A stretch of 64,000 nt of DNA from a virus. A program made the translations under genes and the position numbers. How positions within the stretch are numbered: position 1 is the first letter of the stretch; every line of letters starts with the position of its first letter. Below are positions 8,253 to 18,598 of the stretch, piece after piece. The DNA is taken from IMG/VR virus record IMGVR_UViG_3300019776_000212, positions 32,212 through 96,211 of that record, one strand, 5' to 3'. The notes beneath the pieces are model-generated. The model was not told where the DNA came from. It saw nothing but the letters and a program-made list of their open reading frames with translations, and searched no databases.

Positions 8253-8465
8253 TTATTCTATGTTAAGTGTTACAACGAAACCCAGCTCTTTGGTGTACAT
8301 AAGAAGAGCATCAAGGCTGATGCCTTTGAGCTTGAGGTTTACGATCAGGTTTACCCGAGGCTGTGTGGTGTTAAGAAACACAGCCACCTCAGCCTGAGTC
8401 ATATTGTTGTCTTTTGCCCACTGTGCAATGTTCTTTGCCAGTTGCACTTTCAGTGCGTCAATCAC
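8253..8465 (-). CDS. XRE-family HTH DNA-binding protein
   Basis: MTQAEVAVFLNTTQPRVNLIVN...SLDAL. Confidence 0.75.
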   Translation of the reverse strand: MIDALKVQLAKNIAQWAKDNNMTQAEVAVFLNTTQPRVNLIVNLKLKGISLDALLMYTKELGFVVTLNIE

Positions 8466-8719
8466 TTCAACTCAATCCGCAAAGCTTCAAGAGTCAGTGC
8501 GTAGTCACCTTCACCCTCAGGGAGGCCGAGGGCCCGTACGATGAACGGGAAGCTGCGTGGAGGGACGCACTCCAAAGTCTCGCACACATCCATCAGATGC
8601 TCCATGTCGTAATCTTCGTCCAGCTTCATCACGTTGTGCTTCACACCTTTCTGCTCCATAAGACGTTGAGCTTGGTCGCAGGCGGCACAATCCTTCTTAC
8701 CGTAGATAATGTAAATCAC
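8462..8719 (-). CDS. glutaredoxin
   Basis: IYGKKDCAAC redox motif; RSFP cis-Pro motif. Confidence 0.8.
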   Translation of the reverse strand: MIYIIYGKKDCAACDQAQRLMEQKGVKHNVMKLDEDYDMEHLMDVCETLECVPPRSFPFIVRALGLPEGEGDYALTLEALRIELK

Positions 8720-9039
8720 AGCGATGCCTCCAATTCTTCGAGTTCTTCTTTCAGCTGTTGGATACGACGAAGCTTTTCAGTATTCTTGTTGTCGTAATGG
8801 TAGGCGAGCATATCACCCAGTGTATCGAAGTGCAACTCTTCTTTGGTGCTACCACGGAAGATATCGTCAAGGTCGAAAGTTACGAGGCCACCCTCCATAT
8901 CCTCTACCGAATCCTCTGCAAAGCTATAGAAGACAGTATAGCCGAGGTTGCGAAGGCACTCACGTGCGGCCATTGTCTCGCCACGGTTGCGGCAGGACAC
9001 CGTGAACCGCTGGTGCAGTTGGAATTCAAACTTACTCAT
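8716..9039 (-). CDS. hypothetical protein
   Basis: Coupled by 4-nt overlaps. Confidence 0.75.
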   Translation of the reverse strand: MSKFEFQLHQRFTVSCRNRGETMAARECLRNLGYTVFYSFAEDSVEDMEGGLVTFDLDDIFRGSTKEELHFDTLGDMLAYHYDNKNTEKLRRIQQLKEELEELEASL

Positions 9040-9521
9040 TTCATTTCTCCTTGTTTGTTCAGTTGTTGCTGGGCATTATCCAGAGCTTTGTTTGCGTTGT
9101 CAAGTGCTTTCGTTGCACCTTCCACCGCAACACCGGCCTTCTCTTTCAACTTGGCAGCATCAGTTTCATTGATGTTCTCACGTGCCTTCTTGATCAGGTC
9201 ACGGAACATGTCGTAGGTTTCACCAGCAATCTGCTTGGTTGCATCAGCGGTGGCCACTTTCTCAGCAGCGTAGGCACCGATCATATACCAAGTCACTTCC
9301 TTGTTCGGGGTCAATGCACCGATGATGACCAGAGCTACGCAAAGCTTCAACCAGCCGCTCTTGAACCAGAGCTTGATGTATTTGAGCTCACCCTCACTGA
9401 ACAACCAGAGCAACCCGAGAATAGCGGTGACAATCGCCGTCACGAAGAGTGCAGCACCGCCAAGCGAAATGATGAAGGGCATGACAACCATAGTGAGGTA
9501 AACGATCAGGGCCAAGAACAT
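9036..9521 (-). CDS. membrane protein
   Basis: N-terminal TM helices, C-terminal coiled coil; TAAGGAG SD. Confidence 0.8.
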   Translation of the reverse strand: MFLALIVYLTMVVMPFIISLGGAALFVTAIVTAILGLLWLFSEGELKYIKLWFKSGWLKLCVALVIIGALTPNKEVTWYMIGAYAAEKVATADATKQIAGETYDMFRDLIKKARENINETDAAKLKEKAGVAVEGATKALDNANKALDNAQQQLNKQGEMK

Positions 9522-9531
9522 GAAACTCTCC

Positions 9532-9717
9532 TTATTTGATTACAATTTGACCCATAAGGGCGGTGAATGGGATAACTTTAGTCCCGAGGTGATCACTATT
9601 ACGATCCTTGAGAATGTCGATTACAACGTGTCCGTCCTCTGTAAGCTTTACGATTCGGTAAACCATCCCAGCCCGCTTGGCATGATTGAACTGATTACAA
9701 TTCATTTGTTCACGCAT
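9532..9717 (-). CDS. hypothetical protein
   Basis: Downstream of promoter TTGACG-17-TAAGAT (9749-9777). Confidence 0.65.
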   Translation of the reverse strand: MREQMNCNQFNHAKRAGMVYRIVKLTEDGHVVIDILKDRNSDHLGTKVIPFTALMGQIVIK

Positions 9718-9751
9718 CTGAATCCCCTGTCTGTGTTTGATGTTGTGTATC

Positions 9752-10057
9752 TTACTTTGCTGCTTTCACTGCGTCAAGCGCTTTTTGGAATTTATCTCGT
9801 GCTTCGTGCAATTCAATAGCAGCTTGCACAAGCTCTTGTTCCAAGCTTGACAGGAAGCCCACTGGGACAGATTTTACGGGCTCGATCAACTCAAGAGATG
9901 TTGCCAGCCATCGGGTAAAGTCTCCATCGCCAAGCTGCACCCGAACCATCTGCACACCTCCAGCCCCAATGGTGTTCTCGGCAACGACGCCAACTTTCCC
10001 GAAGAAAGTTGAAGGATAGATAATTTTCACTTTGTCGCCTACAGTAAATTTGTTCAT
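9752..10057 (-). CDS. hypothetical protein, SH3/KOW-like N-terminus
   Basis: FTVGDKVKI...GKVGVV. Confidence 0.75.
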   Translation of the reverse strand: MNKFTVGDKVKIIYPSTFFGKVGVVAENTIGAGGVQMVRVQLGDGDFTRWLATSLELIEPVKSVPVGFLSSLEQELVQAAIELHEARDKFQKALDAVKAAK

Positions 10058-10069
10058 TCCTTTTCTCCT

Positions 10070-10300
10070 TTATGCCCATGCCTTGAAGTAGTCTGTAGTG
10101 TATGTGGTGCCACCTCCGTCTGTCAAGCTCTTTAACACTTGGACAACACCCTTAAGTGTTACGTTGTTTCCGTCAACAAACAGTGCATCACCCTCACGAG
10201 GTGCACAAAGTGTTATGTATTTGATGTTCTTGTCAGGCCAGAACATCAGTTGGAAGCCTGCCCGTTGGGTGACATTCAGGGTGAGGCTTGGCCTTACCAA
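10070..10300 (-). CDS. hypothetical protein
   Basis: Gene packing; start uncertain. Confidence 0.55.
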   Translation of the reverse strand: MVRPSLTLNVTQRAGFQLMFWPDKNIKYITLCAPREGDALFVDGNNVTLKGVVQVLKSLTDGGGTTYTTDYFKAWA

Positions 10301-10517
10301 GCACTGTCAACTCTACGAGTATGTTCCACTCCACCTTCCAAACAGGCGATCCATCTTCAATGTCACGCCAAGCTTTTACACATTTACCGGATGCAAGGAG
10401 GTGTGAGACACGCTCCGATGCGGCACTGAACATATAGTATTTCTCGAATACACCCATAAAAATAGCCTCCATTGTGGAAGACGTTGTGTCTTCGTAATGG
10501 AGGCTAGTCTACTCAGC

Positions 10518-10871
10518 TTACGGGTGGCCGTCAAGACCTTTTACGTAAGATTCGAAAGCAAGTTTTGTTGTCGTTTGCACGTAGTCGAAATTGGCATCCT
10601 TGACAAGTGCTTGGCTGTTCCAAGCCAGAAGCTCTGCACCCATCTCAGTTTCGAAGTAGGCTTGGTTTGTACGCTTCGTTTCAAGGTCACGGGCGTTTTC
10701 TCCTGTGTACATGCCGTTGGCGATTACACGGCTCTGTACAGGAGTCACATCGAAGTTGAAGTCAGGGATGGAAGCGTCCCCAAGCATCTTGAAGTTGGTG
10801 CCAGTGTCGCTTGTAGTGACTGTAAATAGGCCACTGGTTGGTAGGGTTGTTACTGTGATTACTGGAGTCAT
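10518..10871 (-). CDS. hypothetical protein
   Basis: AAGGA SD, follows nrdA. Confidence 0.75.
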   Translation of the reverse strand: MTPVITVTTLPTSGLFTVTTSDTGTNFKMLGDASIPDFNFDVTPVQSRVIANGMYTGENARDLETKRTNQAYFETEMGAELLAWNSQALVKDANFDYVQTTTKLAFESYVKGLDGHP

Positions 10872-10922
10872 TGTCTGTTCCTTGTGTGAAGGGGCAGTAT
10901 TGCCTGCCCCAATTATACCACG

Positions 10923-12659
10923 TTACATACACATCTCGCAAGATTCAACACGAGAAATATCACCAGCCCCACGCTTGGAGTAGATGTAATACAGGGAAAG
11001 AATTCCCTCATCTTCCATTGCCATCTTGTGAATGCGGCTGATGTATTCTTCACTGTCGTTTGAAGTGAAGTAGAGGTTGATACTTTGTGCTTGGTCGATG
11101 TATTTCTGACGTTGAGAGCACAGACGCAAGTGATCTTCCATTGGAATCTCAAACGCTGTACGGAACACAGCCTTCTCTTCATCGTCCAGCCAATCCACCT
11201 TCTGAACAGAGCCACCCGCATCAATGATTTGCTTGACGCATACGTCGAAATCAAGGCCACGCTCTTTGATGATCTCCAGCAACACCTTGTTCACACGGAA
11301 GAATTCGCCACCAGCAGATTGCTTGGTAAATGCCATGGCAACATCCAACCCAATGCCCTCAGAAGCCCCTGCCATCAGCTCTGCCGTCGATTTGGTCGGA
11401 GGCATCATCATTGTAGTGGCATTACGTTGCCCCAGCCCTTTGCAGCCCTCAGGCTCTCCCAGCACCACTGCCAACCACTCTGTGGCTTCGTAGGCTTGCT
11501 TCTTCATGCCTTTGAAGATTTGGGTGTTCAAGAACATAGCCTCCATGCTCGACACACTCATACGCTCACGTTGGAGCAGTGTGTGGAAGCCAAGCACACC
11601 AGACCCAAGTGCACGGAATTCTTTAGTGAATTTCATGATCTTGGCCATTGCACGGCGGTCTTGCTCGGACAGAGTCTCTTCCATGGTTTCGATGTATTCA
11701 CTGATGTTGCAGTCAGACATCACTTGACCAATGAACACCAAACGCTTAGGCCATGTACGGTACAGCTCAAGGTTGTAGTTGAGGATTACGCAAGAGAACG
11801 TGTACAAGTCCGAAGACGGCAAGCAGGTTTCTTGGCAGAGGTTGCTTGCTTCGACGCGCAAGCCCATACGCTTAAACGCTTTCGCCAAGTGACGGTTCAT
11901 CTTATCAATGAAGGTGAAATAGCCCTTACCCCTCACCATCTTGATCCAGAGGATTCGGTTCCAGAACTTCAACACTTTCGGGTTCTTGGCTTTCATCTCT
12001 TCTTGCCACTTATCGCACAGCAACCAACCTACGTTGTTACTCTCTGTACGGTTGTACAGGTGATCAGCCACTTTCTCAGCATCGCCATGGAATGGGCTGA
12101 TAGAGTATGCACAGGAACCAGCACGCGGGCCTTGAGCCACGTCCTCCATCACATCAATAGTGTCGTGGACGATTGGCATTACACCTTTCGAATAGCCACC
12201 ACGGATCTTCTGGCCTTCGTGTGGCCATGCGTTCAACGAGAATGACGTACCGTGAGAGTGCTTTGTAAGGATTGCAATCTCAGTCATCATGTGGTAGCGG
12301 TCATACAGGTTGTTGTTGATTACACCACCAGCACAGCTCACTGTAGTGCCTTGATGACGCAAGCCAGCGTTCGCCAGCATTGGCGTAGACGGGCTGATAA
12401 AGCCATCCCACAGGGTGTTAAAGAACACCTGCTCCCAACTCAAACCCTTGGTGTAAGGATCTTCATTCCACCATGTTGGTGTAATTGTTGGTGCGTGTTT
12501 TGCCATAGTCCTTGCAAGGGTTTGGAACCGGCTTCTCACCGATTCCCCCTTGTGGCTATAGCGTTTCATGAACAACTGGAATCCACCAGTGGTGTACCAG
12601 CTTGGGCACTCACCGTCAATGATTGCCTGTTTACGTTGTGCACTATAGTCTACTGTCAT
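10923..12659 (-). CDS. nrdA: ribonucleotide reductase class I alpha subunit
   Basis: SPSTPML, SNLCQE, PTKST, QSINL, LYY and C-terminal CEMC; start MTVDY coupled to nrdB stop. Confidence 0.93.
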   Translation of the reverse strand: MTVDYSAQRKQAIIDGECPSWYTTGGFQLFMKRYSHKGESVRSRFQTLARTMAKHAPTITPTWWNEDPYTKGLSWEQVFFNTLWDGFISPSTPMLANAGLRHQGTTVSCAGGVINNNLYDRYHMMTEIAILTKHSHGTSFSLNAWPHEGQKIRGGYSKGVMPIVHDTIDVMEDVAQGPRAGSCAYSISPFHGDAEKVADHLYNRTESNNVGWLLCDKWQEEMKAKNPKVLKFWNRILWIKMVRGKGYFTFIDKMNRHLAKAFKRMGLRVEASNLCQETCLPSSDLYTFSCVILNYNLELYRTWPKRLVFIGQVMSDCNISEYIETMEETLSEQDRRAMAKIMKFTKEFRALGSGVLGFHTLLQRERMSVSSMEAMFLNTQIFKGMKKQAYEATEWLAVVLGEPEGCKGLGQRNATTMMMPPTKSTAELMAGASEGIGLDVAMAFTKQSAGGEFFRVNKVLLEIIKERGLDFDVCVKQIIDAGGSVQKVDWLDDEEKAVFRTAFEIPMEDHLRLCSQRQKYIDQAQSINLYFTSNDSEEYISRIHKMAMEDEGILSLYYIYSKRGAGDISRVESCEMCM

Positions 12660-13735
12660 TACTGTTCCTCTGTCCAAGCAGCCGAGAAGCATTCTTCCTT
12701 CCAGCCCATTTCGTATTCCATTCCCATGCCACTTGAGAAGAAGTCAACCATCTTATAGGCGTAGGTGTTCATTTCAAACCAATCTTTGATTGGGGTTTCA
12801 TCGTCCTCAAACGCAGGATCAAGTCCGATTCGAGTAAGGAAGATATTCAGACGATAGCGAACGAAGGCTTTGAAGTCTTCTTTTGTCATGCCGTTCAGCT
12901 TATCAGTGAGGAACGCCATATCGATGATTCGGCATTCATGCTCGTAAGCATAATTCACAGCCTCGTAAATCTTGACCACACGTTCTGTATCTTCTTTAAG
13001 TGGCCTTCCAAGCTCTCTGTACCGTTGGTTGATAATCTCAGCCGACATGACGCCGTGCAAGTCTTCGTCAACAGCACTCTGGTTTGCACCACGAGCAATC
13101 ACAGAGATTTCATTGTGACCATTTGACTGGAACGACTTAAGAATGGCGAACGAGGAGAACAACAGAGCTGTCTCTGTCATGCTGAACACGATAGTGGACA
13201 ACACTTTGTCTTCACCAGACAACACCTTATCAAGCCATTCTACACGTGCAGCAAGAACTGGATCGTCAGCGAACGCCAGATAATCCTCATCCTTGTCCAT
13301 TCCCAACACTTGGTTGATCTGGTTGTAGAATTCAGCGTGCACAGCAAGTTCCATCATGCCGAGGATGGAAGCAGCAAGCTTAACCTCTGGCCGTGGGAAC
13401 TCACGAATTACCATACCGTTCCAGAACTCTTCACCAACAATCAACTCATAACGCAGGAAGAGCTGCAACACGGTCTTAACAGCGTGGAGTTGTTCAGGGC
13501 TAAGTTCGTACAGCAGCTGCATCTTATCACGCTCTACGATCATCTCGCTAGAGAACCACAGCTTTTCTTCAAGCTGTTGGTTTGCAAGCTTCACAATCTC
13601 AGGGTAGTGACGTGTGTAAGAGAGGGTTGGGGTTTGAATCTGTGTCTTGCGGTTCCAGTCAAACACTCCTGTGCTGTCGAGCACTGGTGTCTGAACAAGA
13701 GGGGCCTGTACGGCCCCAGTTGTTGCTTCTGTCAT
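12659..13735 (-). CDS. nrdB: ribonucleotide reductase class I beta subunit
   Basis: YEL, ELAVHAEFY, ETALLFSSF, DEDLH ligands; DFF...EY C-terminus. Confidence 0.9.
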   Translation of the reverse strand: MTEATTGAVQAPLVQTPVLDSTGVFDWNRKTQIQTPTLSYTRHYPEIVKLANQQLEEKLWFSSEMIVERDKMQLLYELSPEQLHAVKTVLQLFLRYELIVGEEFWNGMVIREFPRPEVKLAASILGMMELAVHAEFYNQINQVLGMDKDEDYLAFADDPVLAARVEWLDKVLSGEDKVLSTIVFSMTETALLFSSFAILKSFQSNGHNEISVIARGANQSAVDEDLHGVMSAEIINQRYRELGRPLKEDTERVVKIYEAVNYAYEHECRIIDMAFLTDKLNGMTKEDFKAFVRYRLNIFLTRIGLDPAFEDDETPIKDWFEMNTYAYKMVDFFSSGMGMEYEMGWKEECFSAAWTEEQ

Positions 13736-14091
13736 TCGTAGCGCTCCGATGTTCCTTGGTAACTCATTACACGAAGATCTTTGCGGAGGTGCTTGTCACC
13801 TACAGCAGCGATACGTGCGTCCATACTTGCACAGCCAGTGGCCAGCCAAGCTTTATCAGTACGCTCAAAGCCCTGAACACGAATACCGGTAAACTCAATC
13901 CGGTTGATTGTTCTATGTGTGCAGCGGTGAAGTTCATACCCCTTAGTGAGGTCAAATCCGTTTGTATGAAGTGTGGCTTCTACAAACTTGGTGTTGCCGT
14001 TTTCGTAAGCTTCTTTGAATCCTGTAATCAAATACAGATCATGAAAACTCAGGGCATACTCTGGGCTATTATGTTGTTTATTGTCAGCCAT
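13732..14091 (-). CDS. hypothetical protein
   Basis: Coupled between thyX and nrdB. Confidence 0.8.
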   Translation of the reverse strand: MADNKQHNSPEYALSFHDLYLITGFKEAYENGNTKFVEATLHTNGFDLTKGYELHRCTHRTINRIEFTGIRVQGFERTDKAWLATGCASMDARIAAVGDKHLRKDLRVMSYQGTSERYE

Positions 14092-14093
14092 AA

Positions 14094-15041
14094 TTACATC
14101 TCCTGCTTGACGTTATTCGGAATCAATTGACGATGTTGCACGAAGCCAAGCAAGTTACCAGACCAGAAACGCCCTTGTCGATCAAGGTGTGTTACACCAG
14201 CTGGCCAGTCAGCGTCTCCTGAACTTTGGCAGTCGAAGCAGAAGAACTCAAGGTCAATCGGAGTTGCTTGGTGTTCGAACGGGCTGGCATGCACAGGTTC
14301 ACTCTCAACCAGACGTTTGTAAATGTCCTTGGCTTTCTGCAAGTCATCATTCAATGCACGGAAACTTACCTGAGCACAACACGAAGCACTCACCATCAAG
14401 GCGTCTTCAAGAGTGTACTCTGTCATCAGACCCAGTGGCTTGTCGAAGTAGCGGATACGCCCTTCAAGGTCACGCACGGTGTAGATGTACGGAAGGTGCC
14501 AGTCACCCGGTTCAAGGTCGAATGGTTCAGCAGAATCCAGAGCTTCGATTGCAACACGGGCCAGCTCTTTGATCTCGGGTTGTGCATCCTTGTGGAAGCG
14601 AAGCCAGTTCCAGTTTTCCCAGCATGTCGATGTAACAACAGTCTTCATAATCTGGAAGGGTTCCAGAACACGATTCACCACCTGCTTGTGCAAACCGATA
14701 CGATCCATACCCTCAGCAGCCCCAGCGGCAAGCTGGGCTGCGTTCTTCCACAGGTAGATGGCTACCTTACGGAGGATTGGGTTAAGCTCTTCCTGAGCTT
14801 GCATACCAGCCTGATTACGCCCCCAATGAATCGGGAATGCAGGGTTTGTCTTCACCTGTTCAATCATTTTCTTGATTGGAATGGCACGAGAGCTTGCAGC
14901 GTTACGGGAGAACAGACGATGAGTCATCAGTTCACCGTGAATGAAACGGGGGTAGTAGAACTCGAAGGTTGCGATCTTACGGCCTGTGCGTTTGCAGCGG
15001 CTGTAGGCAATTACTTTTGCTGTGATTTGTACCGGGGTCAT
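14094..15041 (-). CDS. thyX: flavin-dependent thymidylate synthase
   Basis: THRLFSRNAASSR motif, HKQxxNR, AQPEI, HASPFEHQA. Confidence 0.9.
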   Translation of the reverse strand: MTPVQITAKVIAYSRCKRTGRKIATFEFYYPRFIHGELMTHRLFSRNAASSRAIPIKKMIEQVKTNPAFPIHWGRNQAGMQAQEELNPILRKVAIYLWKNAAQLAAGAAEGMDRIGLHKQVVNRVLEPFQIMKTVVTSTCWENWNWLRFHKDAQPEIKELARVAIEALDSAEPFDLEPGDWHLPYIYTVRDLEGRIRYFDKPLGLMTEYTLEDALMVSASCCAQVSFRALNDDLQKAKDIYKRLVESEPVHASPFEHQATPIDLEFFCFDCQSSGDADWPAGVTHLDRQGRFWSGNLLGFVQHRQLIPNNVKQEM

Positions 15042-15218
15042 GCCCAAACTCCAACATGGGAAAGAGCGATGGCCATGAAGCAATACAGCTCCATGATCTG
15101 AGTCATCAGAAATGGACCAATGGCACACTCGGTTTTAAATTCTTGCCACATGATTATCTCCTTGTGTTGTTGAGGGAGAAGATTGTACTCCAATCCTCCC
15201 CTATATGTCAACTACTTG

Positions 15219-15827
15219 TTAACGCTCCTCTGCAAACTCACCACGGAGCAGCAGTTCCAGCTGGGCCAGCACTCCGAATGCCTCGTGAGCCTTGTGCACG
15301 ATCTTGCTTTCATGATCCACACAATCAGTTGGTGCAAGGCTGTCAACGATACGTTGCTTGATGTAGTCTGTACGGTGACGGCTTGCAGCGGCAGCAAGAG
15401 CCACCTCAGCGTTCGGAAGGTTCTGCCAGTCGTGGTCTTTGTAACCTTTGGCAGTTTGTGCCCAAGTCATCACTTTGGCCACTTCCCGAAGTGCCAGAGG
15501 GAATCCATCGTCTACAAGCTCCACCCTCACCTTACCAACTTTTCGGGTGGTCAGGTCAGGTCGATACACACCTTCTACATCAGCTGGTGTAATCGTATCT
15601 GGACAGTTGACAGTGTTGTCCACTTTTTGTGGGGATTCAATGATGGCCCATTCGCCATCATCAACAAAGCGAGTGACCTGATCAACTGTCCAGTCAATCT
15701 TATCGGTGGTTGTATGGCCCTCTGACTTATACCAACTTACAATGTACCCACCATCAAGAAGCTCTGCATGGTAAACTTCGTTGTCCCCATAAAGGAACGA
15801 GAACGATTTTGGAAGATTATTACTCAT
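15219..15827 (-). CDS. DUF5664-like dATP/dGTP diphosphohydrolase-domain protein
   Basis: C-terminal ALREVAKVMT..KGY..W...AAxRH...DxES..HxAH pattern. Confidence 0.6.
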   Translation of the reverse strand: MSNNLPKSFSFLYGDNEVYHAELLDGGYIVSWYKSEGHTTTDKIDWTVDQVTRFVDDGEWAIIESPQKVDNTVNCPDTITPADVEGVYRPDLTTRKVGKVRVELVDDGFPLALREVAKVMTWAQTAKGYKDHDWQNLPNAEVALAAAASRHRTDYIKQRIVDSLAPTDCVDHESKIVHKAHEAFGVLAQLELLLRGEFAEER

Positions 15828-16032
15828 CTTTCACCTCCACTTCCACAGGTTTAATTCCAAGAGTCTCAAGCTCTTTTTCGATTGTCTGTGCTGCAACTTT
15901 GAGGCTCAGGTAGATGGACAAGGCTGCCTCATCATCTCCATCAAAGCGATCAAACAGTTCTGCAACTGTAGTGAGTACAGCTTGATATACGTCAGGGCGG
16001 ATAAGCCCGTCTCCATTTGCTTGGGTCATCAT
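15820..16032 (-). CDS. hypothetical protein
   Basis: TAAGGAG SD. Confidence 0.75.
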   Translation of the reverse strand: MMTQANGDGLIRPDVYQAVLTTVAELFDRFDGDDEAALSIYLSLKVAAQTIEKELETLGIKPVEVEVKDE

Positions 16033-16038
16033 TTCTCC

Positions 16039-16314
16039 TTAACAAATTGCTGGTGGAATTCCAGTGTGAGTGTGACCAATTTTAGTCCAGTCAATTACCC
16101 TTGGTGGCATCCATCCGGGTGTAACCTCATCTTGCACAATTTTTGGCCATTTGAGATCCACTGGTTGTTGGACTCCATTATCTCGATTAGGGGTCTGCTT
16201 GTCAAACACTTTTGCAAGGTGATCTTTGATGATGAGCCACTGTACATCGTTCGGAGTTTGTCCATTAATCTCTACATAACCTTGGAGCCAGTATGCAAAA
16301 TTAAGTGCTTCCAT
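16039..16314 (-). CDS. conserved phage hypothetical protein
   Basis: NFAYWLQGYVE...QW.IIKDHL motif. Confidence 0.8.
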   Translation of the reverse strand: MEALNFAYWLQGYVEINGQTPNDVQWLIIKDHLAKVFDKQTPNRDNGVQQPVDLKWPKIVQDEVTPGWMPPRVIDWTKIGHTHTGIPPAIC

Positions 16315-16356
16315 TTATATCTCCTATAAAGAAAGGGCGCTTAAGCGCCCTATTGG

Positions 16357-17148
16357 TTAGGCGTACTTCGCCTTGAGGTAGTTAAGGGACACAGGCATTG
16401 GAAGGCCAAAGCCATCTTTCACTTCATGGATCAACGTGATGCCACGGAAATGGTCATTGCCCTGATGGCCTTTGTACTCTTCGTCATGATCATAGCATGC
16501 ACCGTTGATCAAGCCGAGCTTCATCTTACCACACAGTTGGTTGTCAAGGATAGCAATATCCAGAGTTTGACGATGACCCATCACGAAGCTGTCACCAACT
16601 TGCTTGAGGATGTTAAGAGCCTTGCCTCCCATAGCCTTGCCGTTCATTGGGTGTTGGATGTAATGTACATAGTGGATGCCGTCCACCTTTACAGGCTTCA
16701 AGAACTCGCCCACTTTCCAACCCATTTCTGAAAGTGGGAGGGTATCTACACCAACAAATCCATCAAGCTCTGGGTTGTCATTTGCGTAACGGTTGAAGCG
16801 CTCTTCATGGTTGCCCGGAATGAAGATGAGTTCGGGATCATATACTTTCTTTCTGTTTGCACGCTGTCGTTCTTGAAGTGCACGAAGTGGAGCAAGCAGA
16901 AGTCGCATACCCTCGTTACCCGCTTCAATGTCGTCCTTCAAACGACGGCCTTCCATCACTCGCTTACCCTTATCGTAGCTCGACAGGCTTGGGAAGTCAT
17001 AGTGATCACCGATGTGAATCCAGACGTCAGGACGCTTCTCAACAAGGTACTCACCAACCCAACGCATATAGTCAAGACTTACTCCGGGTTTTGCCTGTGT
17101 ATCTGCAATTACAGCGTGTGTACGCCCAATCTTAACTTTCTTTGCCAC
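16357..17148 (-). CDS. calcineurin-like metallophosphoesterase
   Basis: DxQ, GDHYD, GNHE, GH motifs. Confidence 0.85.
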   Translation of the reverse strand: MAKKVKIGRTHAVIADTQAKPGVSLDYMRWVGEYLVEKRPDVWIHIGDHYDFPSLSSYDKGKRVMEGRRLKDDIEAGNEGMRLLLAPLRALQERQRANRKKVYDPELIFIPGNHEERFNRYANDNPELDGFVGVDTLPLSEMGWKVGEFLKPVKVDGIHYVHYIQHPMNGKAMGGKALNILKQVGDSFVMGHRQTLDIAILDNQLCGKMKLGLINGACYDHDEEYKGHQGNDHFRGITLIHEVKDGFGLPMPVSLNYLKAKYA

Positions 17149-17531
17149 TATTGGTTCTCCTTTCTAAAACGGTTGGCCTCTGCAATGAGGTCAGGGTACT
17201 GAGACTCAATGTCTGTGTGGAACAAGGCGTCTTGGAGGTCGAAGATAAGCTCCAGAGCTTTCTTAAGCGAGCCCGGCTTCTCCAGTTTGTACTCCATCAC
17301 CTCAACAATGTCAGACACTTTGTCAAATGGAATGCTGTTTCGATAGCTTTGGCGCCGCTCTTTAAGGTATGGGTGATCAGGGAAAACTTCAAGAAGTTCA
17401 CGCATGCTGGAGTAGGACAGACCAGAGGTGGTCATGGAAGCCTTGGCGTGACCAGCAGCATTCCAGATATACTTACCACTGTTCATGTGCAGAAATTTGT
17501 CTGTACCTTTGATTCTGAGTTTGACTGGCAT
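17148..17531 (-). CDS. hypothetical protein
   Basis: GGAGG SD. Confidence 0.75.
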   Translation of the reverse strand: MPVKLRIKGTDKFLHMNSGKYIWNAAGHAKASMTTSGLSYSSMRELLEVFPDHPYLKERRQSYRNSIPFDKVSDIVEVMEYKLEKPGSLKKALELIFDLQDALFHTDIESQYPDLIAEANRFRKENQ

Positions 17532-17556
17532 TACTTACCTCCTTTAGGATGAAGCC

Positions 17557-18099
17557 CTATTTCAGGGCTTCTACAATTTGCTTTCGGCGTTCAGCAACAG
17601 TTCGTGCTGGCTCTATGCCGCGTTGAAGAAGCCACGACTTTACCACAGCAGCAGGCTGTTTGCAAATGGCAATTGCTTCTTTTTCACGTGCAGCGTCTTC
17701 CTTACTCATCCCTTGACGTTCTGAGTAGGTTTTGATCTTGTGGCATGATTTGCAGAGGATTGCAAGGTCTTCCTTCCTGACGAACACAATGCCCTCCACA
17801 AACGCCTGAATGTCAGATGACTTTCTGAGGCTGTGTTCACCTGTCTTGTGATCCACTTCAATCTCTTTCTGTGTTACAAGCTTATTACACTCTTCGCACT
17901 GTGCACCCCATACCTGAGCCTTAGCGCCTTTACGTGTAGAGGGGTTTGGGATCATCACGCGACGGTCTTTCATAAACTCCAACTTCACTGGGTTCTTAGA
18001 CCAGAGATACCTCCTAATCCCACCCCTGATCCAAGATAACCAAGCCGACTCTGTTTTCCAGATTTCAGGGTAAATTTCCCAAGGACGATACTCAGCCAT
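17557..18099 (-). CDS. HNH endonuclease-like protein
   Basis: CEEC...EVDH...LCKSCHKIKT. Confidence 0.75.
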   Translation of the reverse strand: MAEYRPWEIYPEIWKTESAWLSWIRGGIRRYLWSKNPVKLEFMKDRRVMIPNPSTRKGAKAQVWGAQCEECNKLVTQKEIEVDHKTGEHSLRKSSDIQAFVEGIVFVRKEDLAILCKSCHKIKTYSERQGMSKEDAAREKEAIAICKQPAAVVKSWLLQRGIEPARTVAERRKQIVEALK

Positions 18100-18598
18100 G
18101 ATTAAAATACCCCTTATGAGCCTTCTCACGGTAAGCTACCATAGCTTCACGTGCCTCTTCGATACTTGAAAAGAGTCCGATCTGTTTGTGCCTACCATTC
18201 TCAGAGATAGTGGCTCGCCATTTTGAAGTGGCCTTGTGCCAGCTGACACCTTTGACGCCAGATGTGTTCCTTTTTGTGAGCTTCATATTGTACATGTTCT
18301 GCCTGTTTGTTGCCAGCCTCAGATTATCAATCCTATTGTCCTCCCCATTACCGTTGATATGGTCAATGAGTCTTGGCGCTGGTTCGCCGTAATACAGGAG
18401 CCAGCAAACCCTGTGTACATAGTATTGGACTTTATTGTAGTGCAACCTGAGGTGCCCCTTACCGTTCGAATTTCCGGCGACAGAGCCTGCAAGACACTTA
18501 CCTGCACGAACCTTTCTGATAAGGTTTCCAGTTGTGCTGTCGTAAGAGAAGAGTTTATCAGCCTCTTCAAAGCTCAAGTCATTAACCCCATTCGGCAT
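18092..18598 (-). CDS. HNH homing endonuclease with AP2 domain
   Basis: VHR...IDHINGNGEDNRIDNLR, NTSGVKGVSW, LGxF..EEA. Confidence 0.88.
   Translation of the reverse strand: MPNGVNDLSFEEADKLFSYDSTTGNLIRKVRAGKCLAGSVAGNSNGKGHLRLHYNKVQYYVHRVCWLLYYGEPAPRLIDHINGNGEDNRIDNLRLATNRQNMYNMKLTKRNTSGVKGVSWHKATSKWRATISENGRHKQIGLFSSIEEAREAMVAYREKAHKGYFNHG

Noticed and set aside
15219-15827. Z-base (2-aminoadenine) genome pathway suggested by the DUF5664-like domain
   Set aside because: No PurZ or DatZ-like gene is visible in the window; the domain also occurs in unmodified phages.
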